IMG/VR virus record: IMGVR_UViG_3300024259_000034
DNA length: 59,774 nucleotides
Strand: one strand, 5' to 3'
Origin: a virus
Under the pieces are notes generated by a model that was not told the origin of the DNA, made no database searches, and worked only from the letters and a program-made list of their open reading frames with translations. Within the stretch, counting starts at the first letter, position 1. Each line of letters starts with the position of its first letter. A program made the translations under genes and the position numbers. This document shows, piece after piece, positions 1-7,203 of this stretch.

Positions 1-127
1 TTCCTCGTTTACGACATGACGGATAAACTCTGATCGGGATTTGAAAAGACCAGCAGCAACCAAACCGTCAATCTTCGAAACCCGATCAGCGTACATCTTC
101 AGATATTTCCTTTCCATGACTCTCCTT
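1..127. repeat. Terminal direct repeat, left copy (identical to 59648..59774); circular-closure or assembly overlap
   Basis: Bases 1-127 are letter-for-letter identical to 59648-59774. Positions 1-117 duplicate the 5' part of the RHH gene that starts at 59764. Confidence 0.95.
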
Positions 128-596
128 AGAAATTCGGCATCGTATCACTATCCACCATTGAATGATAATCAGTCCCGCCGATGATTATATGATCCAGCAC
201 CTGAATACCGACCAGATCACCAACCTGCCTCAACCTTTTCGTTATCTGGATGTCCTGGCCAGATGGCGCCGGATCTCCAGAAGGATGGCAGTGCAGTAAA
301 ACAATCGCTGCTGCTCTCTGTTTGATCGCTTCTGAAAACACTTCTCTCGGATGCACAAGACTCTGATTCAGCGTTCCTTTCGTGACCATAAGCTCATCCA
401 TTACCTTATGCTTATTGTCCAACAGGATCACCCAGAACTCCTCCTGCTTCACGTTTGGCCACTTCTCAGTGAACCGTTTGACGATATCCATCGAGGAAGT
501 CAACGTGGGCTCCTCGACTTTATCAGCCAATAACATTCTCAGCGTTTTGACTTCTTCCTTCAATCGTCGGTTCTCAGCTCTCAATCGTTTGCTCAT
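126..596 (-). CDS. radC: RadC-like JAB/MPN-domain protein
   Basis: 156-aa ORF with the C-terminal motif LLHCHPSGDPAPSGQD...ITKRL, typical of the RadC/JAMM family. Confidence 0.85.
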   Translation of the reverse strand: MSKRLRAENRRLKEEVKTLRMLLADKVEEPTLTSSMDIVKRFTEKWPNVKQEEFWVILLDNKHKVMDELMVTKGTLNQSLVHPREVFSEAIKQRAAAIVLLHCHPSGDPAPSGQDIQITKRLRQVGDLVGIQVLDHIIIGGTDYHSMVDSDTMPNF

Positions 597-828
597 TTTT
601 CACTCCCAATTGTCGTGTGATGCTCTTCATGATCCCGCTCGTTTCCAGATACTCTTTTATCCGGCCAGGAATCTCATCGTAACTGATACCAGTGGAAACC
701 TGCACTCCATCAACAAACAACATCCAATTATCAAAACCGTGGCTGTTTGTCGGGGCGATCCTGACTGAGAAATCAACGCCTTCAATATTTCGGCCATTGG
801 AACCTAAAAACATTCTGTCCTTTTTCAT
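574..828 (-). CDS. hypothetical protein
   Basis: 84-aa ORF with an ATGA overlap to the upstream gene, in the same-strand gene array. Confidence 0.5.
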   Translation of the reverse strand: MKKDRMFLGSNGRNIEGVDFSVRIAPTNSHGFDNWMLFVDGVQVSTGISYDEIPGRIKEYLETSGIMKSITRQLGVKNEQTIES

Positions 829-941
829 CTCTCCTCCTCATCGTAATAACTGGTTTCTTCCAAATCTTCAGATCCGCATGAAGGGCATTCGTGGGCATCT
901 GGATCTTCGATTATCTCTCCGCAGTTCAAACAGGTTTTCAT
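825..941 (-). CDS. small zinc-ribbon protein
   Basis: Start trimmed to MKTCLNCG..., behind the RBS GAGAGGAG. Carries CxxC...CxxC (CLNCG / CPSCG). Confidence 0.45.
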   Translation of the reverse strand: MKTCLNCGEIIEDPDAHECPSCGSEDLEETSYYDEEER

Positions 942-942
942 C

Positions 943-1302
943 TCAACTCCTCTCTTTGGCTTGATAGTAAACGGCTTTCGTCGGCAATGATGGTAACATT
1001 TCGATAACGCCATCTCTCAACGCTTCTTCAAAAAGCTCGGTGAAACCTTGCTCTGATCGGCCTAAACCTTTTTTCTTCATCCGTTCTTTATACTGAACAA
1101 AAGTCACTGGATTTCGGCAGATGTGCTTGATATGCTCTGTGACTTCTCGCTTCTCCCAATTCGCTTCAACCTGCTTCTGATGATCGATCCTCTTCTGGAT
1201 ATGCAGTTCCAGCTTCTCAACAACGTCCGGATGGGTGTTTTTGTTCACACCAATCTGCTCCAGTGTCTCCAGGGCAACGATCAGATTTGTTTTGGCTACC
1301 AT
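943..1302 (-). CDS. hypothetical protein (alternative leaderless start at 1335)
   Basis: The ATG at 1302 is preceded by AAGGAGAAAGA. An in-frame ATG at 1335 lies at the predicted start site of the upstream promoter repeat. Confidence 0.6.
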   Translation of the reverse strand: MVAKTNLIVALETLEQIGVNKNTHPDVVEKLELHIQKRIDHQKQVEANWEKREVTEHIKHICRNPVTFVQYKERMKKKGLGRSEQGFTELFEEALRDGVIEMLPSLPTKAVYYQAKERS

Positions 1303-1345
1303 TCTTTCTCCTTGATTTTTGGGTTTTTGTGTCATACCACTTTCA

Positions 1346-1362
1346 ATGCAGACGGTGTGCCA
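1346..1362 (-). promoter_or_regulatory. sigma-54-type -24/-12 promoter element, repeat copy 1
   Basis: Minus strand reads cTGGCACaccgtCTGCATtg, matching TGGCAC-N5-TTGCA with correct GG/GC spacing. It is part of a ~55-nt repeat (1316..1368) also present at 4231..4286 and 49226..49280. Confidence 0.55.
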
Positions 1363-1459
1363 GAAAAGCATAGACTCTAAGCGCAGTTTTATAAACACCT
1401 GACAGGCAGATCATATCAACTTCAATTAGATTCCGGCAGAATTTGCCGAGCAAAAAGTG

Positions 1460-1891
1460 TCAGAAGGAACCTTGATTGCCATACTTCATTTCGTGCTGCT
1501 TCTCCTTCTCAGCCTTTCTCCAAACACTCAGCTCCATTGTCTTGAATCCGTTCGATTCCAAAAGCTCTGCAACATTTCTTCTGTGACAGGTCGTAAAATT
1601 CCAGCATCCGCACATCAGAATAATATTCCGATCTCCTATTTGCTGAATCCGTTTTACTCCCTCAAGCGGATCTGCCAGGATTATCTCATCCCCCTGATAG
1701 TTCTTATTCCCGAAATACTTTCCTCCGGCTTTATATCTGTTCCCAAATTCCTTGATCAGACCAGATTGACCCCACTGTTTGTCCTTGCTCCAGGGACTGA
1801 ACCGGACATCGACAATAATCGCGTCCAGTTTCTCAACATCTTCCTTCAACTTCTCGATCTTTTGACCAGCGTACCCAAATGTATAAATCAT
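1460..1891 (-). CDS. DUF488-family protein
   Basis: MIYTFGYAGQ...IIVDVRFSPWSK resembles the DUF488 N-terminal signature. Confidence 0.6.
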   Translation of the reverse strand: MIYTFGYAGQKIEKLKEDVEKLDAIIVDVRFSPWSKDKQWGQSGLIKEFGNRYKAGGKYFGNKNYQGDEIILADPLEGVKRIQQIGDRNIILMCGCWNFTTCHRRNVAELLESNGFKTMELSVWRKAEKEKQHEMKYGNQGSF

Positions 1892-2238
1892 CTTTTCCCT
1901 CTTTGATTGTTGGAGTTAAACCGGACAAACCGTAGCTCATCCGGTCCGAGAATTGTTTTCTCTATTTCATGGCGCCTCCTATATTTGCAGGTTAAGAAAA
2001 ATGATATACTCATACTATTGCATTCAGTGTGCCTGTTCAACCACTTCTCAAAAATTATAATCGTAATATTCATGGCGACCGGCAGAGCAGTATCCGTGAG
2101 CATCTCAACAATCGAACCTTCATCGTCAGATCCGACAAAATTCTGTGCGCCCCAAGCTCCTAATGCCCACTGATCTGCAAAACGGATCTGTTGGAGTATT
2201 GTATTGGGTACAAACATTTTCTCAGCTTGTTCGGTCAT
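1888..2238 (-). CDS. hypothetical protein
   Basis: 116-aa ORF with an ATGA overlap to the downstream gene. Confidence 0.5.
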   Translation of the reverse strand: MTEQAEKMFVPNTILQQIRFADQWALGAWGAQNFVGSDDEGSIVEMLTDTALPVAMNITIIIFEKWLNRHTECNSMSISFFLTCKYRRRHEIEKTILGPDELRFVRFNSNNQRGKR

Positions 2239-2239
2239 T

Positions 2240-2539
2240 TTACCCTCCTATCGTCCGTATTCGGACCGCTAAATGATTTACAGTTTGCAGATCCTCGATG
2301 TCCGTCATTTCATGCGGATAATCGCGATCTACCCTGGAATGAACAATCTCTCCTCTTTTCGACTCCCTGAATCCGTCATCCAAAACATCCTTATGGTTTA
2401 CCTCGATATGCGCCCAATACTCATTATCACTAGTTCTGCAGACCGCAATCGACCCACCCGGGAACTTGATAATATGCTCCGCGGATTCCGGATTCTTCGG
2501 ATCCCCTTTAAGCAGGATCACTTTTGCTGTCGCTGACAT
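2240..2539 (-). CDS. hypothetical protein
   Basis: 99-aa ORF behind the RBS GAGAGGAGAGAG. Confidence 0.55.
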   Translation of the reverse strand: MSATAKVILLKGDPKNPESAEHIIKFPGGSIAVCRTSDNEYWAHIEVNHKDVLDDGFRESKRGEIVHSRVDRDYPHEMTDIEDLQTVNHLAVRIRTIGG

Positions 2540-2753
2540 CTCTCTCCTCTCTGGTTTTGACCATCCGTTTATACAAATGCTCCAGCCGTTCGATGTCTCT
2601 CTTTACTGATTCCTTCCGGACACCATTGACTCTGAGCGGTGAAATCGAGCTGCCATGCTCAAGCAGATCCCGATACTCTCTGATTTTCGCGTGAAGCATA
2701 CCGGCAATCAACATCCGGTCGTACTCGCTCAATCTAACGTGTTCAAATTCCAT
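2508..2753 (-). CDS. hypothetical protein
   Basis: 81-aa ORF in the same-strand array. Confidence 0.5.
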   Translation of the reverse strand: MEFEHVRLSEYDRMLIAGMLHAKIREYRDLLEHGSSISPLRVNGVRKESVKRDIERLEHLYKRMVKTREERDVSDSKSDPA

Positions 2754-2761
2754 GCTTCCTC

Positions 2762-3034
2762 CTAAATCATGGTTCTGTGATGTTCAGTCAGGGCCAAATG
2801 GCCATCGACTATTCCGTTCTCAAGCGTTCTGCCAGATTCCGTGTAAATCGCGCCTCTAAAGAAGAACACTCCAGCATGATTACTTTTCCATCCGGCTTCC
2901 AGGCCATCTTCTGTTATATAAACCCCGACTTCGCTGTAATTGCCTCCGCCGTGGCTCTTTCTGGTTTCAAGCTCAACATCCCTGACCGTTTTCTCGCCTG
3001 AGATGATCGCCTTTGTCAGTTCTTCGATTGTCAT
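2762..3034 (-). CDS. hypothetical protein
   Basis: 90-aa ORF in the same-strand array. Confidence 0.5.
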   Translation of the reverse strand: MTIEELTKAIISGEKTVRDVELETRKSHGGGNYSEVGVYITEDGLEAGWKSNHAGVFFFRGAIYTESGRTLENGIVDGHLALTEHHRTMI

Positions 3035-3225
3035 ATCGTAACCTGTTCAACGTCTTTCGCTGCTACTCTGACCAGCTTTTTCAGCTCTTCCAGTTTTTCC
3101 TTCAGTTCCATAAAATCGTCGCCAATCAAATGCCAGCCAAGACCTTGCAGCGTGTTGACATGCTCATCCCACCGTTCGACGTATTTCTTTTTGGCTTCTT
3201 CGCCAATCAATGTTTTCTCGCTCAT
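3031..3225 (-). CDS. hypothetical protein
   Basis: 64-aa ORF overlapping its upstream neighbour by 4 nt. Confidence 0.5.
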   Translation of the reverse strand: MSEKTLIGEEAKKKYVERWDEHVNTLQGLGWHLIGDDFMELKEKLEELKKLVRVAAKDVEQVTI

Positions 3226-3453
3226 CTATATCTCCTTTTTTGTCAGATGACTTAAAATGGCACTATCAACTTCCTTCTTTTCTTTCTGCGCTCTCAATCC
3301 TGCTATCAAAATCTCAGACAACGTATGCAGGTAATACTCGGACACGTTTCCGGCTTCAAAAAACGCTTTCCATTCATTGACCAGATCAACCGTGGTAAAA
3401 TCTTTGAAGTGCAATTTTCCTAACTCCTTCAGCAGTTCTGTTATCATTTTCAT
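3226..3453 (-). CDS. hypothetical protein
   Basis: 75-aa ORF that abuts the next gene. Confidence 0.5.
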   Translation of the reverse strand: MKMITELLKELGKLHFKDFTTVDLVNEWKAFFEAGNVSEYYLHTLSEILIAGLRAQKEKKEVDSAILSHLTKKEI

Positions 3454-3456
3454 CTC

Positions 3457-3903
3457 CTATTTTTTCCACCATTTTTTCTTAGCTTCTTCATACGCTTCAA
3501 GTTTCGCTTCTTCAGGCTGTACTTCTCTGAATGGCGTTGTGTCCCAATAATCCAGCAGTTCTGACAACACTCCAGCGAAATGATAACCGTGATGATCGCC
3601 TCTTCTGAAAAGTCCTCTGTTCATGACTTCTAAGTGAGCATATTCGTGCAGGAAAACTGAGACTGAATGACGATATAAGGTGAACCTGTTCTCATGTGGC
3701 CATGCGGTTCCCCATCTCTGCTTCGTTTCCATATTTGACAATTCAACTCTACATGGTTTCAGTTCAGGGTTCATCTTAAAAAAATCTTCAAGCATCCTTC
3801 TCGTGATCGGTTCGTTGTTCATTCTGATCAGCCTCGCTTTATCGGCAGGAGGCATGCAGGAGTGACCAGTTCCGGAGCTGTTCGTTCTTTCGAGTGTTTT
3901 CAT
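3457..3903 (-). CDS. putative zinc metallopeptidase-like protein (HExxH; SprT/DUF45-like)
   Basis: 148-aa ORF containing VFLHEYAHLEV (an HExxH motif). Confidence 0.45.
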   Translation of the reverse strand: MKTLERTNSSGTGHSCMPPADKARLIRMNNEPITRRMLEDFFKMNPELKPCRVELSNMETKQRWGTAWPHENRFTLYRHSVSVFLHEYAHLEVMNRGLFRRGDHHGYHFAGVLSELLDYWDTTPFREVQPEEAKLEAYEEAKKKWWKK

Positions 3904-3913
3904 CTCAGTTCTC

Positions 3914-4096
3914 CTAATTCAGTTTGAATTTTTCGTTGATTTCATAAAAATTTTTGGTGATCTCAATCATTCTCGTTCGCGCAGTTCCGTTTTTCTCTGC
4001 ATGGTCTTTATGGAATTTCATCGCTTCCTCTTCTGTCTCGGCTTTTATATTGCCACTGAAAGCATGATGAAAACACTGAATCGAGTAATATTTCAT
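3914..4096 (-). CDS. hypothetical protein
   Basis: 60-aa ORF in the same-strand array. Confidence 0.45.
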   Translation of the reverse strand: MKYYSIQCFHHAFSGNIKAETEEEAMKFHKDHAEKNGTARTRMIEITKNFYEINEKFKLN

Positions 4097-4097
4097 A

Positions 4098-4253
4098 TCA
4101 ACTCCTATTGTGCAGGTTCAGTTCAGCGTAATACATGGAGCCGTCAACCGGATTCCAGAATTTCCCATCTTCATATCTGAGGGCTGTCAAAACGAATTTT
4201 ACTTTTCCGATTAAGTTTCTCATGTTCGCCTTTTTTTGGGGTTTTTGTTTCAT
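4098..4253 (-). CDS. small hypothetical protein (51 aa), first gene after promoter repeat copy 2
   Basis: My own translation gives MKQKPQKKANMRNLIGKVKFVLTALRYEDGKFWNPVDGSMYYAELNLHNRS. It falls below the ORF-track length cut-off. Its ATG at 4253 is the conserved ATG of the repeat. Confidence 0.4.
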   Translation of the reverse strand: MKQKPQKKANMRNLIGKVKFVLTALRYEDGKFWNPVDGSMYYAELNLHNRS

Positions 4254-4263
4254 ACCCAATACA

Positions 4264-4280
4264 ATGCAGTAGGTGTGCCA
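4264..4280 (-). promoter_or_regulatory. sigma-54-type -24/-12 promoter element, repeat copy 2
   Basis: Minus strand reads cTGGCACacctaCTGCATtg, followed by the conserved GGTATGAAACAAAAACCCC. Confidence 0.55.
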
Positions 4281-4409
4281 GAAAACCCCATTAAAAAGAC
4301 ATAAAAATACCGTTGATATTATTGACTATTTACTGGCCAAAGCCTTAATAGCCTATCAACGGCGATGCTGCCTGATCATTTTTGCCGTGCTTAAACGGCA
4401 TATTTTGCC

Positions 4410-5930
4410 TTAAAGCGATCTAATCTTTATATCATCCCCGACTAACACATGCGTTCCTTTGCTGGCAGCGTCCAATCTGTCATCGTGCCGGCCTTTATCA
4501 AATTCCTCTGCTTCATCGAAGAACGTATTCCCATCGCACTTCTTATGCAACCATGCTCCCTTCAGGCAGTACACATTCCCTGTCTCAGCTTTGTTCGCTA
4601 ACCGATCCACATAAAAATGCTTCGCTCTGCCTGTCCGATATTCCTTCCTTGTGTACTTTCCCAACAGCTTCAGATAATAACTCGAAACGTGCTTTCCGGA
4701 AGCTCCTCCCTCTTCTTCCCAAACCTGCATCACATCGCCATATTGATCCTCGTCCATCTGAGCGGTATGGACAACCATATCCTCAACCGTTTTTGGCGTT
4801 CCCCTGATGGCGACCATATCACACAAATAAACATTCCCATCCAGGTATCCAACCAAAGCTCCTGCTGTGAAATCCGGATCGTTGGCAGTCTTTTTCTCAG
4901 TTCCAGCGAAATCCCAGAACCTGACAAAAGCCATGTCGTCAACATTGGGCAAAACATCGATCAGTTTGAACCATGCCCTGTTGATGATATTCCCGCCTTT
5001 CGGCTGTGGCCTCTGCTGATAAAGCGAGTACCAATCATACTTATTCGCTTTGAACTGTTGCAGGAATGACATCGGAAATCTGGCTGGCCATAGAGCATCG
5101 CCGATCTTCCTGGGATCATCCTTATGTTTCCATCTCCAGGCTTCATCATCCATCTCTGCCGACAAACAAAGCACATCCCATAAACCATCAGACATTTCGT
5201 TCCATTCCGGACAACCCTCAGACGGAACGTGGCCATTGTACGATCGAATACCGTCCTGCTCTAATATCTGGCCAGCGAGATCCTTCCGGTTCCATCTGGT
5301 GTTGGTCAGCATAATTCGAGAATCCAATTCATCTTGCCTGTTCAGGAACGTGCCGCCGTACCATTCAAAAGTCTTGGTCTGGCTGTTCTCGCTTTCTGCA
5401 TCCTCCCTCGATTTCACTGGATCATCGATATATCCCAAAGTGAAACCTTCTCCCATGATGGCGCCACCTATTCCGGAAGCCAGAAAACCGCCTTTATAAT
5501 CTCCACCAATCTCCCATTTGGCTTGCATATCAATCGCATTGCGAGTATCAATCTCAGCAAACTTCGGGAACACCTGAATATGATTCTTATCCCTGATGTT
5601 GGATTTGACATTTCTGGACGTTTTGCTGGCTCTCGATTCACCGTAGGCGCACGAAATTATCCGTTCGTCTGGATCATTACCAAACGCATACGACATGGCT
5701 CTCTCTGCTCCCTCGGTTTTCATATGCCGGGGAGGAGCAAAAACCATCAACCTCAATATCTTCTTTTGAATTACCCGCTGATAATAATCGGCGATCAGCT
5801 TATGATGCCAATTCGGGTTCTTGTAGGTCCGGAAGGTGTATCTGATGTAATCGTACAGTTTTTTCTTAGCGAGGATCCTCTGTGCTTCTCTCTTCTTCAG
5901 TTGGGATAACGCCTCATTTTTTGTCACCAT
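4410..5930 (-). CDS. terL: terminase large subunit
   Basis: ~507 aa. The N-terminal ATPase region (MVFAPPRHMKTEG) and C-terminal nuclease region look like the Terminase_6 type. The first ATG is at 5930; the ORF-track start at 5936 is a TTG. Confidence 0.85.
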   Translation of the reverse strand: MVTKNEALSQLKKREAQRILAKKKLYDYIRYTFRTYKNPNWHHKLIADYYQRVIQKKILRLMVFAPPRHMKTEGAERAMSYAFGNDPDERIISCAYGESRASKTSRNVKSNIRDKNHIQVFPKFAEIDTRNAIDMQAKWEIGGDYKGGFLASGIGGAIMGEGFTLGYIDDPVKSREDAESENSQTKTFEWYGGTFLNRQDELDSRIMLTNTRWNRKDLAGQILEQDGIRSYNGHVPSEGCPEWNEMSDGLWDVLCLSAEMDDEAWRWKHKDDPRKIGDALWPARFPMSFLQQFKANKYDWYSLYQQRPQPKGGNIINRAWFKLIDVLPNVDDMAFVRFWDFAGTEKKTANDPDFTAGALVGYLDGNVYLCDMVAIRGTPKTVEDMVVHTAQMDEDQYGDVMQVWEEEGGASGKHVSSYYLKLLGKYTRKEYRTGRAKHFYVDRLANKAETGNVYCLKGAWLHKKCDGNTFFDEAEEFDKGRHDDRLDAASKGTHVLVGDDIKIRSL

Positions 5931-6498
5931 AAGCAATTTCCATTAGTTCCTCATCTGACAAATTTTCCAATCCCAACTTCTTTGCTAACTCATCTGAAAT
6001 ACCGTGATCTATTTCGATCCTTTCTCTCCAACGTCGTGGATCTCTGTTCATCAAAATCCATTTCGCAGCCGACACTTCTGCCGGGATGTGCCTCGTATGG
6101 GTTTCAACTCTGACAGTCCCATCGGCAGTCGCAGACGATCTTTTCTCTTCGACTTCATAACCATGAGCCCTCTGGTAAAGTTTGTTCTCGATGGCCATGC
6201 AGGATATTTTTTTGGCTTCAATGACAGCCGTACTCAGTTCCTCAAACTCATCCTTGTATCTCTGGAAGGTCCGGAGCCCTATTCCCAATTTCTTAACGAA
6301 CTCCTTCTCTGGAAAGCCGTCCCTCACCCATTGAGCGATTTGCTCAAGATTTGGGTGAATCAGTTTTCGATACCTTTTTAGTTTTGCCTTTGCCTGTCTT
6401 TCCTGCCTTGTCTCCTTTGGCTTTTTTGCTGGCTTTGGCTTTTTTATCGGCTGCTTCTTTTTCGCTGACTTTGGCTGCTTCTTCTTTTTCGATTCCAT
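5914..6498 (-). CDS. terS: terminase small subunit (HTH)
   Basis: LGIGLRTFQRYK forms an HTH, and the C-terminal ...AAKWILMNRDPRRWRE is typical of phage TerS. The gene sits directly upstream of TerL. The start is uncertain because it overlaps 6344..6799 by 155 nt. Confidence 0.6.
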   Translation of the reverse strand: MESKKKKQPKSAKKKQPIKKPKPAKKPKETRQERQAKAKLKRYRKLIHPNLEQIAQWVRDGFPEKEFVKKLGIGLRTFQRYKDEFEELSTAVIEAKKISCMAIENKLYQRAHGYEVEEKRSSATADGTVRVETHTRHIPAEVSAAKWILMNRDPRRWRERIEIDHGISDELAKKLGLENLSDEELMEIAYGDKK

Positions 6499-6799
6499 CT
6501 AAATACTCGCTAACGATTTCGACCATGCGATTAATAGCAATCGCGGAACTCTTGATATTTTCGACCTTCTTAATCTTCCGGAGCCTGTCGGCAAACTCAT
6601 CAAATATCGCCATATCAGCAATCCTGACTGATGACTTTGGCGATATGTGAGAATTATCCTCTAAATCCGTCATAATCTGGTCTAAATGATCAATTTCACC
6701 AGGAGCGAATAGTAAGATAAGCTCCTTGAAGTTTCCCATTTTAAAGTTCAAAGATACGTAAGATATTTTTTCGATCTCATCCTGAAGTCCAGTCGCCAT
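6344..6799 (-). CDS. hypothetical protein with Lys-rich C-terminal tail
   Basis: 151-aa ORF and the only ORF covering 6500-6740. The start is ambiguous (6799 or 6739). Confidence 0.45.
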   Translation of the reverse strand: MATGLQDEIEKISYVSLNFKMGNFKELILLFAPGEIDHLDQIMTDLEDNSHISPKSSVRIADMAIFDEFADRLRKIKKVENIKSSAIAINRMVEIVSEYLDGIEKEEAAKVSEKEAADKKAKASKKAKGDKAGKTGKGKTKKVSKTDSPKS

Positions 6800-7203
6800 C
6801 CTTTGCTGAATATCTCTGCCAATACTGCTTTGTCATCCATCCCGACCAGCGCATTATGACTCAACTGCTTGCTGATAATCTCATCCTGAGATGTCGGTCT
6901 GATAACAAACACCAGAACATATTCCAACTTCGCCTGTTTTGCTGCATCGATCCTGTGGTGTCCACTGATAATCAGATATTTCCCTTCAATATCCGGATGC
7001 GGATAAACCAAAGGAACGCTCTCCAATTGACCATCAGCCTTTACATTATCCACTAACTGCTGAAACACTTCCGGCGTGAAGTATCTCGCATTCTTATCCT
7101 GGCCCAGACAATCTTCCGGTTTGACCAATCCAAGCTCCGGCACATTGTACGATTTGAGCTGATTATTCAGCCTCGCCAGTAATTCCTTTGTCGTTTCATC
7201 CAT
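6748..7203 (-). CDS. ParB-like nuclease (ParBc) domain protein
   Basis: YLIISGHHRIDAAKQA is the GHHR motif of ParB/Srx N-terminal domains. Confidence 0.7.
   Translation of the reverse strand: MDETTKELLARLNNQLKSYNVPELGLVKPEDCLGQDKNARYFTPEVFQQLVDNVKADGQLESVPLVYPHPDIEGKYLIISGHHRIDAAKQAKLEYVLVFVIRPTSQDEIISKQLSHNALVGMDDKAVLAEIFSKGWRLDFRMRSKKYLTYL

Noticed and set aside
1303-1398. N-terminal extensions of ORFs 943..1398 and 49014..49325 that share the peptide LWHTVCI.
   Set aside because: The shared peptide is just the translation of the conserved promoter-like nucleotide repeat (CTGGCACACCGTCTGCATT). Coding more plausibly starts at the conserved ATG or at the downstream RBS-linked ATG.
4383-4406. 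Hairpins followed by T-tracts on the plus strand: TGCCGT-6 nt-ACGGCA then TATTTT at 4383..4406, and a bulged 9-bp stem then TTTTATTTT at 59394..59429. These could be plus-strand terminators.
   Set aside because: There are no plus-strand genes to terminate. On the coding strand they lack a proper U-tract. They may block antisense transcription or act weakly in both directions, but I cannot support a confident call.
5334-5909. Long plus-strand ORFs, for example 5334..5909, 32948..33466, 57731..58507 and 51783..52370.
   Set aside because: All lie antisense to well-supported minus-strand genes (TerL, Maf, ERF, DUF2303-like). They lack ribosome-binding sites and have low-complexity or odd composition. 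I treated them as shadow ORFs, and no plus-strand gene is supported.
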